Source: Azolla caroliniana (lineage: Eukaryota; Plantae; Polypodiophyta). From it: a stretch of DNA of 64,000 bases. Of the stretch, positions 1-11,600 are shown piece after piece (position 1 is the stretch's first letter; each line of letters begins with the position of its first letter). Location of the stretch: NCBI GenBank assembly GCA_043228905.1, contig JBHGNT010000007.1, forward strand, positions 19,096,001 through 19,160,000, in the 5' to 3' direction. The position numbers and the translations under genes are program-made. The notes beneath the pieces are model-generated. The model was not told the origin of the DNA, made no database searches, and saw only the letters and a program-made list of their open reading frames with translations.

Positions 1-1324
1 TATCATCTCATCTCTTTATTTGTATCCTTATGCACCAAGATTGACTCCTCAATTGGCCCATGAATTTGGCAACAAGCTATAGATTATCTCATTATCAATG
101 AAGACTTTAGCTTTACTACCTAGATTTCATGTTGAAGGACCAATACGCTAATTTAGAGTGTTACTTCATATGGCATCCTTAGGCTAACCAAATTAGGAGA
201 TATACTTTGAGCAAATGGATGTTACTAATCCAAAAGCATAGGAGAACACTAAATTCAACTTTGGAGCTCACTTAATACCATGCACTAATTTATGTCCTAC
301 GAAGGATTGATAACATCTCACTTTATTTGCTTTGTTGACTTGTCAAGGGGTGTCCGTTTAAGTTTGCTAGGGGGCCATGAGAGGTTTGAGCAATACTACT
401 TCATACTAAGGTGTTGCCAGTCAAGCCTCCACTTAAAATTTGAGAATGCTTTTGTAAATTGTTTGATAGTTTTTTGGAGACATTCTTCTCTAGAGGAAAG
501 CCATTGTGGAGTTTAGAAAATATGTGTTCTCAATTTAAAAACAAATGGCGATTCACCAAATCCCATGCAAATATGTGTCAATCATTTTCTTATTTAAATA
601 AGTTGTTCATGACGAGAAAAAGAAAAGAGAGTAGACTTAGGGAGGAATGGCCTTGAAGCCTACCTTCCTTTCTACAAGACAAGATATGTGTTAGCTGGTT
701 CGTCTGGCATTCCAAAAATTGCAATTCGGTTTACGGATTTGACCACAACTCGAGCATCAACAATTTGTAACATAGGCATGTGTTCGCTCTCCTTTGAATC
801 TCTATTAGGAAGACTCTACGCTATCCATTCAACTTCAATCTTAGGCAAAGATGTTTCAACTTTTTACCATGCATGCTCTGATCGAGCCTCTTTTAGTAGG
901 ACTCTATGCTAGCTATCCACGATCTATTATAGGAGACTTGTCCGCATCACATGGCACATGAAGTGATGTGGGGAGTTGTTTGCTAACTTTGAGGGTTCAA
1001 CAAAGGAAGTCGAACGTATGACATTATATATATATATAAACCAATGAAAATGATGGTTATGGAAAGCATATATTAATCGTAATGGTTGATGGGCGAACCT
1101 AACATTATGGAAAGATTTCGGGAATCAAGAAGCAAAGGAATAATGTGACAAGTGAGAGCACAAAATGTGAAGGAGGAATGCAACGATGTTATAAATAATA
1201 GCTTATTTGCAATTAGGGCGCAAGAGGCGGGCGAAAATGAGTTCAAAAATTTGTTCCAACAAAGGGAATTGGGGGGGGAAGTATATTGAGCTTTTCCGGG
1301 ATTTTGTGGACTTGCAAAACATTT

Positions 1325-1560
1325 TCAAGACCAAGGAAAGAAGAGCAAAGAGCAAAGGTCAAAAAGCAAAAAGCAAAGACCAAAGATAAAAAAAGTAAAG
1401 ACCAAAAAGCAAAGACCAAATACTAGAGACCAAAAAAGCAAAGACCAAAGACCAAAGACCAAAGAATCAAAGAAGCAAAAAAGCAAAAAGCAAAAAGCAA
1501 AAAGCAAAAAGCAAAAAACAAAAAACAAAAAACAAAAAGCAAAAACAAATTCAAAATCAG
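1325..1560. repeat. Low-complexity AAAAGC/AAAGACC/AAAAAC short tandem repeats
   Basis: Directly visible. The hydrophobic minus-strand ORFs 1325-1690 and 1423-1641 are by-products of it. Confidence 0.9.
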
Positions 1561-1694
1561 CAACGTAAGAAAAGCTGGGAAAATGAGTAAATAATAATAA
1601 TAGTATTTTACTTTTTCGAGCCATGGGAAAAAAAAGAGCAACTTTAAAAAGATAAAGAAAAGAAATAGATATGGAAATTGGAAATATCAATAAA

Positions 1695-2340
1695 AAGCTA
1701 AATAAGTAAATAAATAAATAAATAAATAAACAAATAACTAAATAAATAAATAAATGTGAAGCATGCAGAATAAATAAATTAAATTCGTGGAATAAAGAAA
1801 TTCGAGGCGGGTGATGACGTGGGCGCGTCTACCAATGCAGAAGCCCACCCAAATTATTTTTTTCCAATTTATTTATTTTCATACGAATTTGACATAATTG
1901 ACAAAGCAAAAAAAATGGGAAAAAACGAATGAGATATCCTTAACCGTCCGATTCCACAGTACAAGATAAATGTTAACCGTCCGATCCTCAAAAGTTTTAT
2001 TTATTTCTATTTTATTTCTTTTGACCCAAAAAGTAAAGCATTTCAAATTCTCGAAATTTAAGGGGCATAATAAGTCTACGCAAACAAAACATAATAAATA
2101 TATAAATAGATCGATAAATAAATAAATAAATAGAAAAAGAGAAATAAATAAAGAAAATAGAAAAAGATAAATAAATAAATAAATAGAAAAAGATAAATAA
2201 ATAAATAAATAGAAAAAGATAAATAAATAAATAAATAGAAAAAGATAAATAAATAAATAAATAGAAAAAGATAAATAAATAAATAGATAAAGTGATAAAT
2301 AAATAAATAAGCTAACTAAAGAGATAAATAAATAACTAAA
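1695..2340. repeat. A-rich (TAAA)n tracts, including a 26-bp minisatellite AGAAAAAGAT(AAAT)4 at about 2130-2310
   Basis: Repeated unit visible in the sequence. Confidence 0.85.
1812..1985 (+). promoter_or_regulatory. Candidate promoter motifs upstream of the 3010 ORF: TGACGTGG (bZIP/ABRE-like), CCAAT, AGCCCA (site II-like) and two copies of TTAACCGTCCGAT
   Basis: GC-richer motif cluster inside AT-rich DNA, with a 13-mer duplicated at about 1940 and 1973. Function is inferred only. Confidence 0.35.
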
Positions 2341-2555
2341 TATGATTTCAAATTTAAATCGACAAATAAAACAAATTATTACTAAAAGTTTTCGAATAAG
2401 TTTGAATTTGAATAATAAATATTAAGAATTAAGAATTTTAAAAACTCGTCATCATCATCACTCTTCTTCTGCTTCTGCTTCTTCTTCTTCTTCTTCTTCT
2501 TCTGTCTGTCTGTGTGGCTATGGCGGCTCCCTCCATTCTGTCTCTGTCTCTGTGC

Positions 2556-2584
2556 AAACCCTAAAAAATCCATCTAAACCCTAA
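2556..2584 (+). promoter_or_regulatory. Two telo-boxes (AAACCCTAA) in the putative 5' leader
   Basis: Exact matches at 2556-2564 and 2576-2584, within a CT-rich leader-like region. Confidence 0.55.
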
Positions 2585-2611
2585 ATTTCATTCGGCCAAT
2601 CATCTCTTCTG

Positions 2612-2653
2612 CACACACACACACACACACACACACTCTCTCTCTCTCTCTCT
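2612..2653. repeat. Compound (CA)n(CT)n microsatellite
   Basis: Directly visible. Confidence 0.95.
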
Positions 2654-3009
2654 CCTGTGTCCTGTGTGCGCTCGATCTTTTCTAGCCCTAACCACTAGGT
2701 AGACCATAACGTTTCCATTTCCTTTCTTCCTCATTCATCTCTCTGGCTATGGCGGCTCACTCCGTGTAAAACAGAACCTTCCCCATTCTCGTCTTCTTTA
2801 CTTCTGTCTGTCTCTATCTCTGTCTGTCTATGGCGGCTCTCTCAGTTTAATCTCAAATTCCCTTCTCTTCATTTCGTGTAAAAGAGAACAAAGACCTATG
2901 GCTATGGCGGCTCTCTCAGTTTAATCTCAAATTTCCTTCTCCACTTCTGCTCATTCGTCTGCGTTAGCTTTCTCTTTCTCTCTCTCTCTCTCTCTGCTCC
3001 ATTGCAACC

Positions 3010-5025
3010 ATGGCTCTTCCTGATAAGCTTCTCAACAGCTTCTCCGTGCTCTCCTGCAAGCATCCCAAGCTCTACTGGTGCGGCGGCGCCATACTCTTCC
3101 TCCTCCTATTGCTTCTCTTAGTCTTCCCCCTCCTTCATACGCTCCTTCTCTTCTTCACCCCTCTCATCCTCTCCACGTCGCTCTGCATCTTCGCCTTCTT
3201 CACTGTCAATCCCTACCTCGCAGACGCAGACGCGGAATTAGAGAGGCAAGCTCGCCTCAGTAATCCGAGCTCCCATAGCCATCTCATCTCAGAAAGAAAA
3301 ACCAAATCCGCAGAGAAGAATCCAGCTGCTGCTCTATCCTCTCTTTCGTCCGTCTCCGCTCCGTTTCTTGCTTCTCCTTCGTCGGTTTCTTCTTGGTTCC
3401 ATAGTTCTTCTTCGTCGATCTCTGCATGGTTTAATCCTTCTTCTCCTGTTGCTTCCACGTCGTATCATCGTCCTTCGTCATCCGTTCCTACTTCGTTTAA
3501 TCCTTCTCTTCCTGCAAGACATGCTTCTGCTTCAAACACTAGAGCTTCCATGCCGATTTCTTACCCACCCAGTCCATTTCGACCTTCCGTTAATATGTAC
3601 GGACCTTCTGCGTCCGCCGCATCTTCATCTCCGTCTCCTATGAATACCGCAACTTCCATGGAAACTTCGACGAATTCATGGTGTAGTTGGATGAACGGTC
3701 TCAATGACATTGGAAAGGCTTGGCTCGAAAAGAAGCTGAAAGAAGAAGGGGTAGCCTTATCAGATCCTGCAGACAGAGAAACTCTTGTCTCTCTTCTTCA
3801 AGGATCGTTTTCAGAGTTCGTAGTCAATCCTTCATTATCCCAGGCTGTGAGCTCTAACAAGTTGTCGCAGATCAACGAAAATGAAGATGAAAGAAAAGAA
3901 GAAAAGGAAGAAGGGATGAGCACCAAGCAGACTGTAGAGACAAGCGATGGAGCTTTAACCTGCTGCGCTGATCTGAAAGCAAGTTATGCAGATTCAGCTG
4001 ACGCTGCCGGTGGAGTATTAAAAATGGAAGCAGAGAAAGGCCTCGGAATAATACAACATGAAGGCGATGGCAATGATGTAACTGCTGCTGCTGCTGCTGC
4101 TGCTACAGCGCGAACCGGATCTACGGAGAAGGTCCTGGAAGCTTCTAGAAGGATCATCAATGCAGTGAAAGTGTTGGGAGCTTCCGGAAAAGATGAGAAA
4201 CAGAAGGACAGATCAATCCTCTCCCCATTCAGGCAGTCTAAATCTCGTCGAGAGGGGCCTGCATTGGCATCGTCTGATACCAAGGCGGCATTATCGACAT
4301 CGTTGGAGCCTGACGAGATTGCATTCACAACTTCATCATCACAATCACTCCCCAAACCATCGTCATTGGCAGATCTGTTGAGCACATCATCAGAATCCAC
4401 TGTATTGTCGTTGCCATCATCATCTTCATCATCACTTCTGTCAGAATCCTGTCTGACTTCTTCTTCATCATCATCGTCATCGTGTCCAACAGTAGCATCG
4501 TCCTGTGAATCTTCAACCCATCCACCAGTCATCCCTACAAACAATGCTTCGCCCATGTCTTCTTCGAAGCTTCCTCGTAAGTTCATCGAGGAATCACGAA
4601 GCAAAGCGAATAACAGCAATGTATCTCACACTCCAACCATTGGATTTGGGCCTGTGCCACCTGTTTCTGAGGATCAGGAATGTTCGGGGAACCCAAAACC
4701 AGTAGCAGAATCTCATGTTGATATAGGTCCCAAGTTTGATGAAGATTGTGATGGGGGTGAAAACGGTCATGAAGATGACGGGCTCGAAGTAGAGGAAGCA
4801 CAAGCTCTGGTTCGGAGCGAATTCAAAATGCTGGAGATGGAGATTGAAGAGGTTGCATCCAAGCTTCCCAAACTTGATGAGTTTCTTAACACATTCCAGA
4901 AGACTCAGCCTTCATCTGTGAGAACCCCTTCTAAGCAGTCGGATTCTGGTTCTACTGTGGGCAATTTTGCTTCTCCTACTTCGTCTTCCCTGGCCCGATC
5001 TGTGCGTTTTCCATCTCTGAAATAG
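3010..5025 (+). CDS. Uncharacterised 671-aa protein with an N-terminal hydrophobic hairpin (2 predicted TM segments) and a long Ser/Pro-rich disordered region
   Basis: Uninterrupted 2-kb ORF with good start context (CAACCATGG), a CT-rich leader and a T-rich trailer. N-terminus is KHPKLYW...LLFFTPLILSTSLCIFAFF. Confidence 0.85.
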   Translation: MALPDKLLNSFSVLSCKHPKLYWCGGAILFLLLLLLLVFPLLHTLLLFFTPLILSTSLCIFAFFTVNPYLADADAELERQARLSNPSSHSHLISERKTKSAEKNPAAALSSLSSVSAPFLASPSSVSSWFHSSSSSISAWFNPSSPVASTSYHRPSSSVPTSFNPSLPARHASASNTRASMPISYPPSPFRPSVNMYGPSASAASSSPSPMNTATSMETSTNSWCSWMNGLNDIGKAWLEKKLKEEGVALSDPADRETLVSLLQGSFSEFVVNPSLSQAVSSNKLSQINENEDERKEEKEEGMSTKQTVETSDGALTCCADLKASYADSADAAGGVLKMEAEKGLGIIQHEGDGNDVTAAAAAAATARTGSTEKVLEASRRIINAVKVLGASGKDEKQKDRSILSPFRQSKSRREGPALASSDTKAALSTSLEPDEIAFTTSSSQSLPKPSSLADLLSTSSESTVLSLPSSSSSSLLSESCLTSSSSSSSSCPTVASSCESSTHPPVIPTNNASPMSSSKLPRKFIEESRSKANNSNVSHTPTIGFGPVPPVSEDQECSGNPKPVAESHVDIGPKFDEDCDGGENGHEDDGLEVEEAQALVRSEFKMLEMEIEEVASKLPKLDEFLNTFQKTQPSSVRTPSKQSDSGSTVGNFASPTSSSLARSVRFPSLK

Positions 5026-5432
5026 CTTTTTTTTCGTCCTCCTGTTCAATCTGTAGCTTTTGACTCCAAGTATTTTGTTTTCCTATCTTTGCTTCTTGGA
5101 TTCTTTTCAATGGCCAGCAGTCTCATGCATAAACATACATTTTGGAATGTTTTTGTTGATGATCACCCCAATCTATGTAACAACTACAAGGCAACAAAAG
5201 ATCTTTTGTTTTTTTGAAATTAACCTGTATTTTGTGGCTACTTTGTGGTATAGTGTGCTGTTTGTTCTCGTGTAAATTGTAGCCTACATTGATTGGTGAT
5301 GTTTTTGTTCATTTTTGGTCTGATGATTTTTTATGTGATGTTCCATCCCAAATGAATGAATAAATAAATTTTGTAGCGGATGCAATGTGTTGTAATGTCT
5401 CAATTAATGAATATGTTTAGTGAATTCTTAAG

Positions 5433-5713
5433 CTATCAATTCTGTATTACTCAGTCATCGTGATTCAGGTACCAATTGAGTTATACTATGTCAGGTAATG
5501 AAAATTCAATGACCAAGGGAATTGTGGTAAGAAATTTATTCATAGCTAATTAATGAAATGGTTGAATCAAATTGTGAATTCCTATCCATTATGTATTACT
5601 CAGTCATCATGATTCAGGTACCAATTGAGTTATATAATATGTCAATTAATGAAAATTCAATGACTACGGGAATTGTGATAAGTAATTTATCCAGAGCTAA
5701 TTAATTAAATGGT
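5433..5713. repeat. Diverged tandem duplication (period about 150 bp) between the convergent 3' ends
   Basis: TGTATTACTCAGTCATC.TGATTCAGGTACCAATTGAGTTATA...GAAAATTCAATGAC occurs twice. Confidence 0.9.
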
Positions 5714-6028
5714 GTGCCCTGCCTGAATTGAAATGTGTCCATCCAGAGCTGTTGTATTTCTTCAATGCATGTTGAAAAGTTCTTCATACCACCTCTTTTG
5801 AATCACTATGATGTGATAATGAATATGTTCTTAAAGTTGAGTTGTCATTCACCTCCTATATGATGATGGCATCATGTTTATGGAGAATCTCTATCCCTGG
5901 GAATTGAGGAAATAAATCTTATTGTATTATGTGTTTGCTCTTTCAATACAAATATGCATTTACAATCTGCACTGTTTTCCAATTAGCTGATTGCTCCTAT
6001 ATCTTCAATAAAGCTTCTATAAAAAGCG

Positions 6029-8842
6029 TCAATGTTCACCAGTATCTGCATTTGTACAGTAAATATTCAGCATCAACAAGAAAGCTGCACTTTGTTTCTC
6101 GTTGAATCCGTTTGCGAATTCAAACGCTTGTCTACCGAGCCCAATATGACCCCAATTTCTACAAGCCCCCAACATGGTAGTCCACAAAACAAGATTAGGT
6201 TGGAAGGGCATTTGATTCATCATCATAATGGCCTTTTCGAGCTGTCCTGCACGAGCGAGACAATCTATCATAGAACTAAAATGATCAAAGGATGAACCAC
6301 CTTTAGGATCCATGTTCACCACATGAAAGAGCATTAAGCCCTCATCCACAAGACCAATATGAGCACATGCGGTTAAAATACTAAGCAATATAACTCCATC
6401 ATCTTCTGTACCTTCCTCTTCCATTTTCTTGAGTAGATACATGACATTACTTTTATCACCATAGGAGGCGTATCCAGTAATCAATGTCGTCCATGTGACG
6501 ATGCTTCGGTCTGGTAGCCTTTCAAGCTGATCATGGGCTTCAGTTAAGTTGCCACATTTGGCATACATATCCACTAGCGAATTTCCGATAATTCTGTCAG
6601 CTTCATGCCCTTTCTTTACTAGTTCAATATGTGTTCCTTGGCCTCCTTTGATATCTCCGCTATTACTTGAAGCTTTCAGTATGGAAAGCAAAGTGACTGC
6701 ATTAGGGGATATACCCTCAAGTGCCATCATTCCCAAACATCTCAATGCTTTTTCACAATAACCTTGTTCGACATATCCGGTGATTAATGCAGTCCATGAC
6801 ACAACATTGTGCAAGGTCGATTTTGTAAAGCATATTTCAGCTTCAATGATAGAGCAACAGTTAGTATACATGACGACTAATGCCGTGGAAACTGATATCT
6901 CTTTGTCGGTGCCCATTTTAGTACAATCTGTATGTACTTTACGCCCCCATCGTATAGATCCCGAGGTATTACATGCCTTCAAGATACTCACAAAAATTCT
7001 TGTGTTGGTGCCCATACCTTCAACTTGCATTTGCTCCAAACAAGTAAATGCATCCTCAGCGAGACCCTGTTCTGCACAAGCTGCAATTATGACACCCCAA
7101 GACATATCATCCCGAATACTCAATAGCTCAAAAACCTTGTTTCCTTCTTCAAGCGATCCACATTTCGCATACATGTCGATTATATGGTTACCCACAAACG
7201 TATCTTGATCGAATCCCAGTTTAATAATTATGTTATGAGATTCACGGCCCAAGTCCATGCATCCCGAAAGAGTGCATGCTTTGAAGCAACATGTCAATGT
7301 TACAGCATTGGGTGATATACCATCTAGTTGCATCTGTTGTATGGAGTTGTGTATCTCAGTAATAAAACCTTGTTCTGCATACCCCACAATAAGTAATGTC
7401 CATGAAACTACAGTGCGGACCTTTTGCTCATAGAACACATAGCATGCTTCTTCAAATGCCCCATATTTCATGTACATATCAATTAAACTGGTTCCAAGAG
7501 AATTGTCTTCTTCCAGTTGCCCTTTTGCAATCTGGATATGCATTTCTTGGCCCTTTTGTTGATTCTCCAAGTGGCAACAAGCCTTTAACCACAGAATGTA
7601 TGAAGACACATTCGCAAGAATTCCCTCATCATACATATATGACGATAGGTTTAGGGCTTCCTCATGGTGTCCATGTTCTATATAACCAGAAATCAACGCA
7701 TTCCAAGTGACCACATCTCGGTTCGAAACCTCATCAAACAGTTTTATGGCATCTAGCAAGAGGCCAAATCTCCCATAAACATCTACCAAAGCATTCTGAA
7801 TGAATGTATCCTTTTCGAAACCTTGTTTGGTAATATCCAGATGCAATTCTTGGAGCTTCTTCACATTTTCTCCTCCGCTGCCACATGCTTTCACGCAACA
7901 GACATATGTGACTTCATTCGGAGAGATACCATTCAATCGCATGTCTTCTAAGAAGCTCAGGGCCTTCTCATTGAACCCAAATTCGACATGCCCAGCGATA
8001 AAAGAAGTCCAGAAAACAACATTCTTGACTTGCACTGCAAGAAAAATAGCCGCAGCTTCGGAAATTGAACCACATTTCAAATACATATATAACAATATCT
8101 CATTCATGAATGGGTTCCTTTCAAAGCCTGTTTTGATAACCTCAGTATGTATGTCTTGACCATTGTTTAACGCACCTATATTTCCACATCCTTTCATGGT
8201 GCAAGCAAATGTTATAGCACTCGGTGAAACACCTTCAAGTTGCATATTTTGAATGCATTCCAATACTTCTTCTACATATCCACGTTCAGCATAGCCTGAA
8301 ATAATTGAATTCCACGACACCACATCCCTGAATGGCATGTCGAGAAGCACTCTCGAAGCTTCTTCGAATATGCAACATTTACTATACATATCTATCAAAC
8401 CACTGCAAAGAAATGGATCCTCATCCAACCCCTTCATAACAAGATTTGCATGAATTTCTTGTCCTTTGCTCAAGTATTTAAGGTTGGCACAAGATTTTAA
8501 GGCTGCTTGTAGTGTAAAACCACTAGGATATACATGGGCTTTCTCCATGTTATGAAATACATCAAGAGCATTATGGAAATCACCATATCCAATGTATCCT
8601 TGTATCAGAGATGTCCAAGAATGCTCGTTTGGGTCTGCCAGTTTCCCAAAAACCTGCCAAGCTTCGCTCATGCATCCACAATCTACTAACATGGGAATCA
8701 TGTAATTTCCCAGCACTTCATGTGAATCTAATCCATTGCTACAAATTCTGTTAAACACATTCCTAGCATTTTCTAGGGTTTTCTCTTTTCTACACCGTTG
8801 TATGATGTGCAAAAAGCCTTCAACCAGCATAGGTTCAAGCAT
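6029..8842 (-). CDS. PLS-class pentatricopeptide repeat protein, 937 aa, with a truncated E extension and no DYW domain
   Basis: Repeated P/L/S motifs (LIDMYSKC, DVVSWNSIISGY, PNAVT..C..KAC). The C-terminus PFQPNLVLWTTMLGACRNWG...AAFLLMLNIY stops within the E region. Intronless. Confidence 0.95.
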   Translation of the reverse strand: MLEPMLVEGFLHIIQRCRKEKTLENARNVFNRICSNGLDSHEVLGNYMIPMLVDCGCMSEAWQVFGKLADPNEHSWTSLIQGYIGYGDFHNALDVFHNMEKAHVYPSGFTLQAALKSCANLKYLSKGQEIHANLVMKGLDEDPFLCSGLIDMYSKCCIFEEASRVLLDMPFRDVVSWNSIISGYAERGYVEEVLECIQNMQLEGVSPSAITFACTMKGCGNIGALNNGQDIHTEVIKTGFERNPFMNEILLYMYLKCGSISEAAAIFLAVQVKNVVFWTSFIAGHVEFGFNEKALSFLEDMRLNGISPNEVTYVCCVKACGSGGENVKKLQELHLDITKQGFEKDTFIQNALVDVYGRFGLLLDAIKLFDEVSNRDVVTWNALISGYIEHGHHEEALNLSSYMYDEGILANVSSYILWLKACCHLENQQKGQEMHIQIAKGQLEEDNSLGTSLIDMYMKYGAFEEACYVFYEQKVRTVVSWTLLIVGYAEQGFITEIHNSIQQMQLDGISPNAVTLTCCFKACTLSGCMDLGRESHNIIIKLGFDQDTFVGNHIIDMYAKCGSLEEGNKVFELLSIRDDMSWGVIIAACAEQGLAEDAFTCLEQMQVEGMGTNTRIFVSILKACNTSGSIRWGRKVHTDCTKMGTDKEISVSTALVVMYTNCCSIIEAEICFTKSTLHNVVSWTALITGYVEQGYCEKALRCLGMMALEGISPNAVTLLSILKASSNSGDIKGGQGTHIELVKKGHEADRIIGNSLVDMYAKCGNLTEAHDQLERLPDRSIVTWTTLITGYASYGDKSNVMYLLKKMEEEGTEDDGVILLSILTACAHIGLVDEGLMLFHVVNMDPKGGSSFDHFSSMIDCLARAGQLEKAIMMMNQMPFQPNLVLWTTMLGACRNWGHIGLGRQAFEFANGFNEKQSAAFLLMLNIYCTNADTGEH

Positions 8843-9325
8843 AACTTTTCAATAAACTTTCTGAGCTTCCTACATTACTCCACAGTTCTCTTAAAACACA
8901 CACATTCCTACCATTTTCTCAGGCGGTTTTGTCTTTTGTCCACTTTTGTATCATGTGAAAAAACTGCCCAACAAACATAGATTCAAATATAAGCTTTTGT
9001 CATTTACTAGCATAGCACTTTGTGTGATTCCCATCCATTACTACAGATTGATGTTTGGGTTTAGGGTTTAGGGTAATCCCAATCATTTTCTAGGGTGGTT
9101 TTCCCATTCTTGCATCCTATGCAACAAAATTGCCCAACAAATACAGGTTCAAACATAAAGTTTTCAACGTTCGACCAACATACCACTTTGGGTGATTCAC
9201 ATACATTAAAATACAAATTGCTCTTGAAACACAAATTTCCCTATCATTTTCTATGTGAGATTTGTCTTTTCTATACTGTCCTATCATATGCAGGAAAAGT
9301 GCCCAACAAGCATAGGTTCCAACAT
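8843..9325 (-). repeat. Three decayed tandem copies (about 150-170 bp) of the PPR ORF's first ~45 codons
   Basis: Minus-strand ATG(T/C)TTGAACCTATG.TTGTTG..C..TTT...AGAAAATG.TAGG-like units start at 9325, 9156, 8990 and 8842 (the ORF start). Confidence 0.8.
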
Positions 9326-10949
9326 AGATCAAACTGATATCTGGTTCAAGCAGATGCATTAACATGTTTCACTTCAAATTTCTTCCATTCTTTTTTTGCA
9401 TACCTTTGTCATCACAAGCTTTCTCTGCGTCAGCCTATTCCTTCACACGTGAAAGTTATGAAGGAGTTGATGTGATCAGAGAGCATGCTTGGGCACTCAA
9501 AACACTTGACAATTACAATTTACCATGTGAGTGAAACAGAGGATCCATTTCCTCATTAATGCCCAAGATCAAGGCAATGAGTTTCAGGGGACTCGATCAT
9601 ATATTTTGAAACTCTCAAGAGAGGCAGGACCCCAATGTCTAATGTTCTTCTCAGCTTCCGAAAAATTGCCGATCGATACCCTTCCCTCCCGAACCATCGA
9701 TTTCTCGTTATTCCCATGCATGCCCCTAAGTCTTCACTATCGCTTTCTCTTTCACATTTGGTTGTACGGTCCAATATTGGCCTCTCTATGGAATATCTAT
9801 CTATCTATCTACCTATCTATCCTTCGATAGGAGCCCTCTATCGAGTTAAAATAACGAAAACATAGGGGTGTTTCGAGAAATAATGGAAAACTCTGTTCGG
9901 TTCCCCGCCCACCCTTGTCTTTTTTTCTCGTTATGATTCTGCTCTTACTTACCCTCAAGACATTTGCACCTAGGTTCTGTGGGTTTTCTTAGCTTAATGT
10001 ATGGTAAAGTTAAACTTAGAGCTTCAAATAAAAAGAGTGTATGTTGTGTAGCTTAATGTGTGGTAAACGTTAAACTTAGAACTTCGAATTCAAAGAGTGT
10101 TGTTGAACTGAGGTATTAGGATGATCATTTTGACCTCTTTGATAGATATAATAAAATAAACGAGATCCCCCTTGACTTGGAACCTTGTGCATCTTGAGAT
10201 TTTGCATGATCATTTGCATACATGCTCACAGTTTTAAACTAGTTGGATGGCCGGTCGGATTGATCAAATCTTACTTTTAATTCTTCTAACCTTTGTTGTA
10301 CTGTCTATATTTGCATGCGTTCACCCAAGAAATTTTGAAAAACTAGATTTTGAAAAACACTTCAATGAGTAAGCACTAGATCCAATGAGCTCCATGAACT
10401 TCGAAATGCACATATAATTGGAAAATGTTGACCATATATTTGTTTGAACCTTAGAAATGTCATCTAATAGAAATGAAACTACGAAACACGTAAGTTTAAA
10501 ATCACTCGGCACATCAATTATTTAGTCTACATATATGCTTGATTACATTTTGAGAAGCGGTACCAATTTGTCTATAATGACGAACCCATGTTAAAATTAT
10601 AGTTTTGCATGGGGCAAAGAGGAGGGCAAAGTTGATAGATTGATCATCAACACGTGAATTGGAGAAAAGGCCCTCTTCTCGACAATATACAATAAATACC
10701 GATTGGTTGTAGGTTTTGATAAGTTTCCTTAAAAATATGACCTAATTTATTAAAAACAATAGAGAATATCTTATTGGATTCCAACATTCCTTAATTAGTA
10801 GTGTTCCCGTAAGATTTTATAATCCATATAAATAGTCTCCCCTGCATGATTCCGATATAAGTTTAACAATATTTCCTAATGCTAAAATATTAAAGACATT
10901 ATGACCACCAACCTTATTACTTTATTAAATAAAATACTAGACTTTCTAT

Positions 10950-11600
10950 TTAGACCCCCCCTCTCCTAAATTTTAAGAACAATAAGGAGTTCAATAGTGC
11001 TATTAGTTGTAGATAAGACTTATATCTCCATGGTTGAGTAGTTCTTCTTGACCATTGATAAACATCATCTAGTGCAATAAAATACTCGACACCACATGGG
11101 TTCGTACAATTGCAACAACATGCTACAAATCGAAAGGTCTGAAGTGTCAACAAAACATGTGAAACTCCCATTTTTGATCAAGAGGTTGTCTCATTGGTGC
11201 TTGTGAAAGCAAGGTTTTTGGAGCCTACAAGGTCTTGTCCTCTACCATTGTCCATGTGAAAGGTGTTTGATGAACCACAATGTATAGAGGGGTGACAAAT
11301 TCTATAAGGTAATGCAACATTTGATGGTGCCACCGAATTTGGCAAAGGAACAAATTTGTATTATCCAAGGCGTCCGAAATCGCTTCTAGTTTCTTAAGGT
11401 CTAACAAGATACCGTCCTTGATGAAATGGCCAAGCATTATTCCATTGATATTGTTGGATTGAGATTGAGAGAGCCCTCGCCAATTTGATAGGCATGAGTG
11501 TGTACAAGGCTCATGAATGGATTCAACACCATGTGGCAGACCGATCCAAAGTTGTACCCTACAATCCAAATAGTTTGTGTCACCTAATGTGTAAGGGGCA
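10950..11600 (-). mobile_element. Degraded Ty3/gypsy RT-RNase H remnant, same lineage as the 58749-64000 element
   Basis: GIMLGHFIKDGILLDLKKLEAI...QIRWHHQMLHYLIEFVTPLYIVVHQTPFTWT aligns by eye to ALLGHLVSKEGITVDPNKISAI...WHSRMIRYLADFATPLHAAVHRTPFKWT. SMVKKNYST resembles SMAERNYST. Confidence 0.75.

Noticed and set aside
1-960. Possible ancient retroelement pol remnant on the minus strand
   Set aside because: Only vague motif echoes with stops in every frame, so it is not supportable by eye.
1325-1690. Hydrophobic Phe/Leu/Cys-rich ORFs resembling membrane proteins
   Set aside because: These are translations of an A-rich simple repeat.
3984-4619. 211-aa antisense ORF
   Set aside because: Shadow of the Ser-rich sense ORF with no independent signals.
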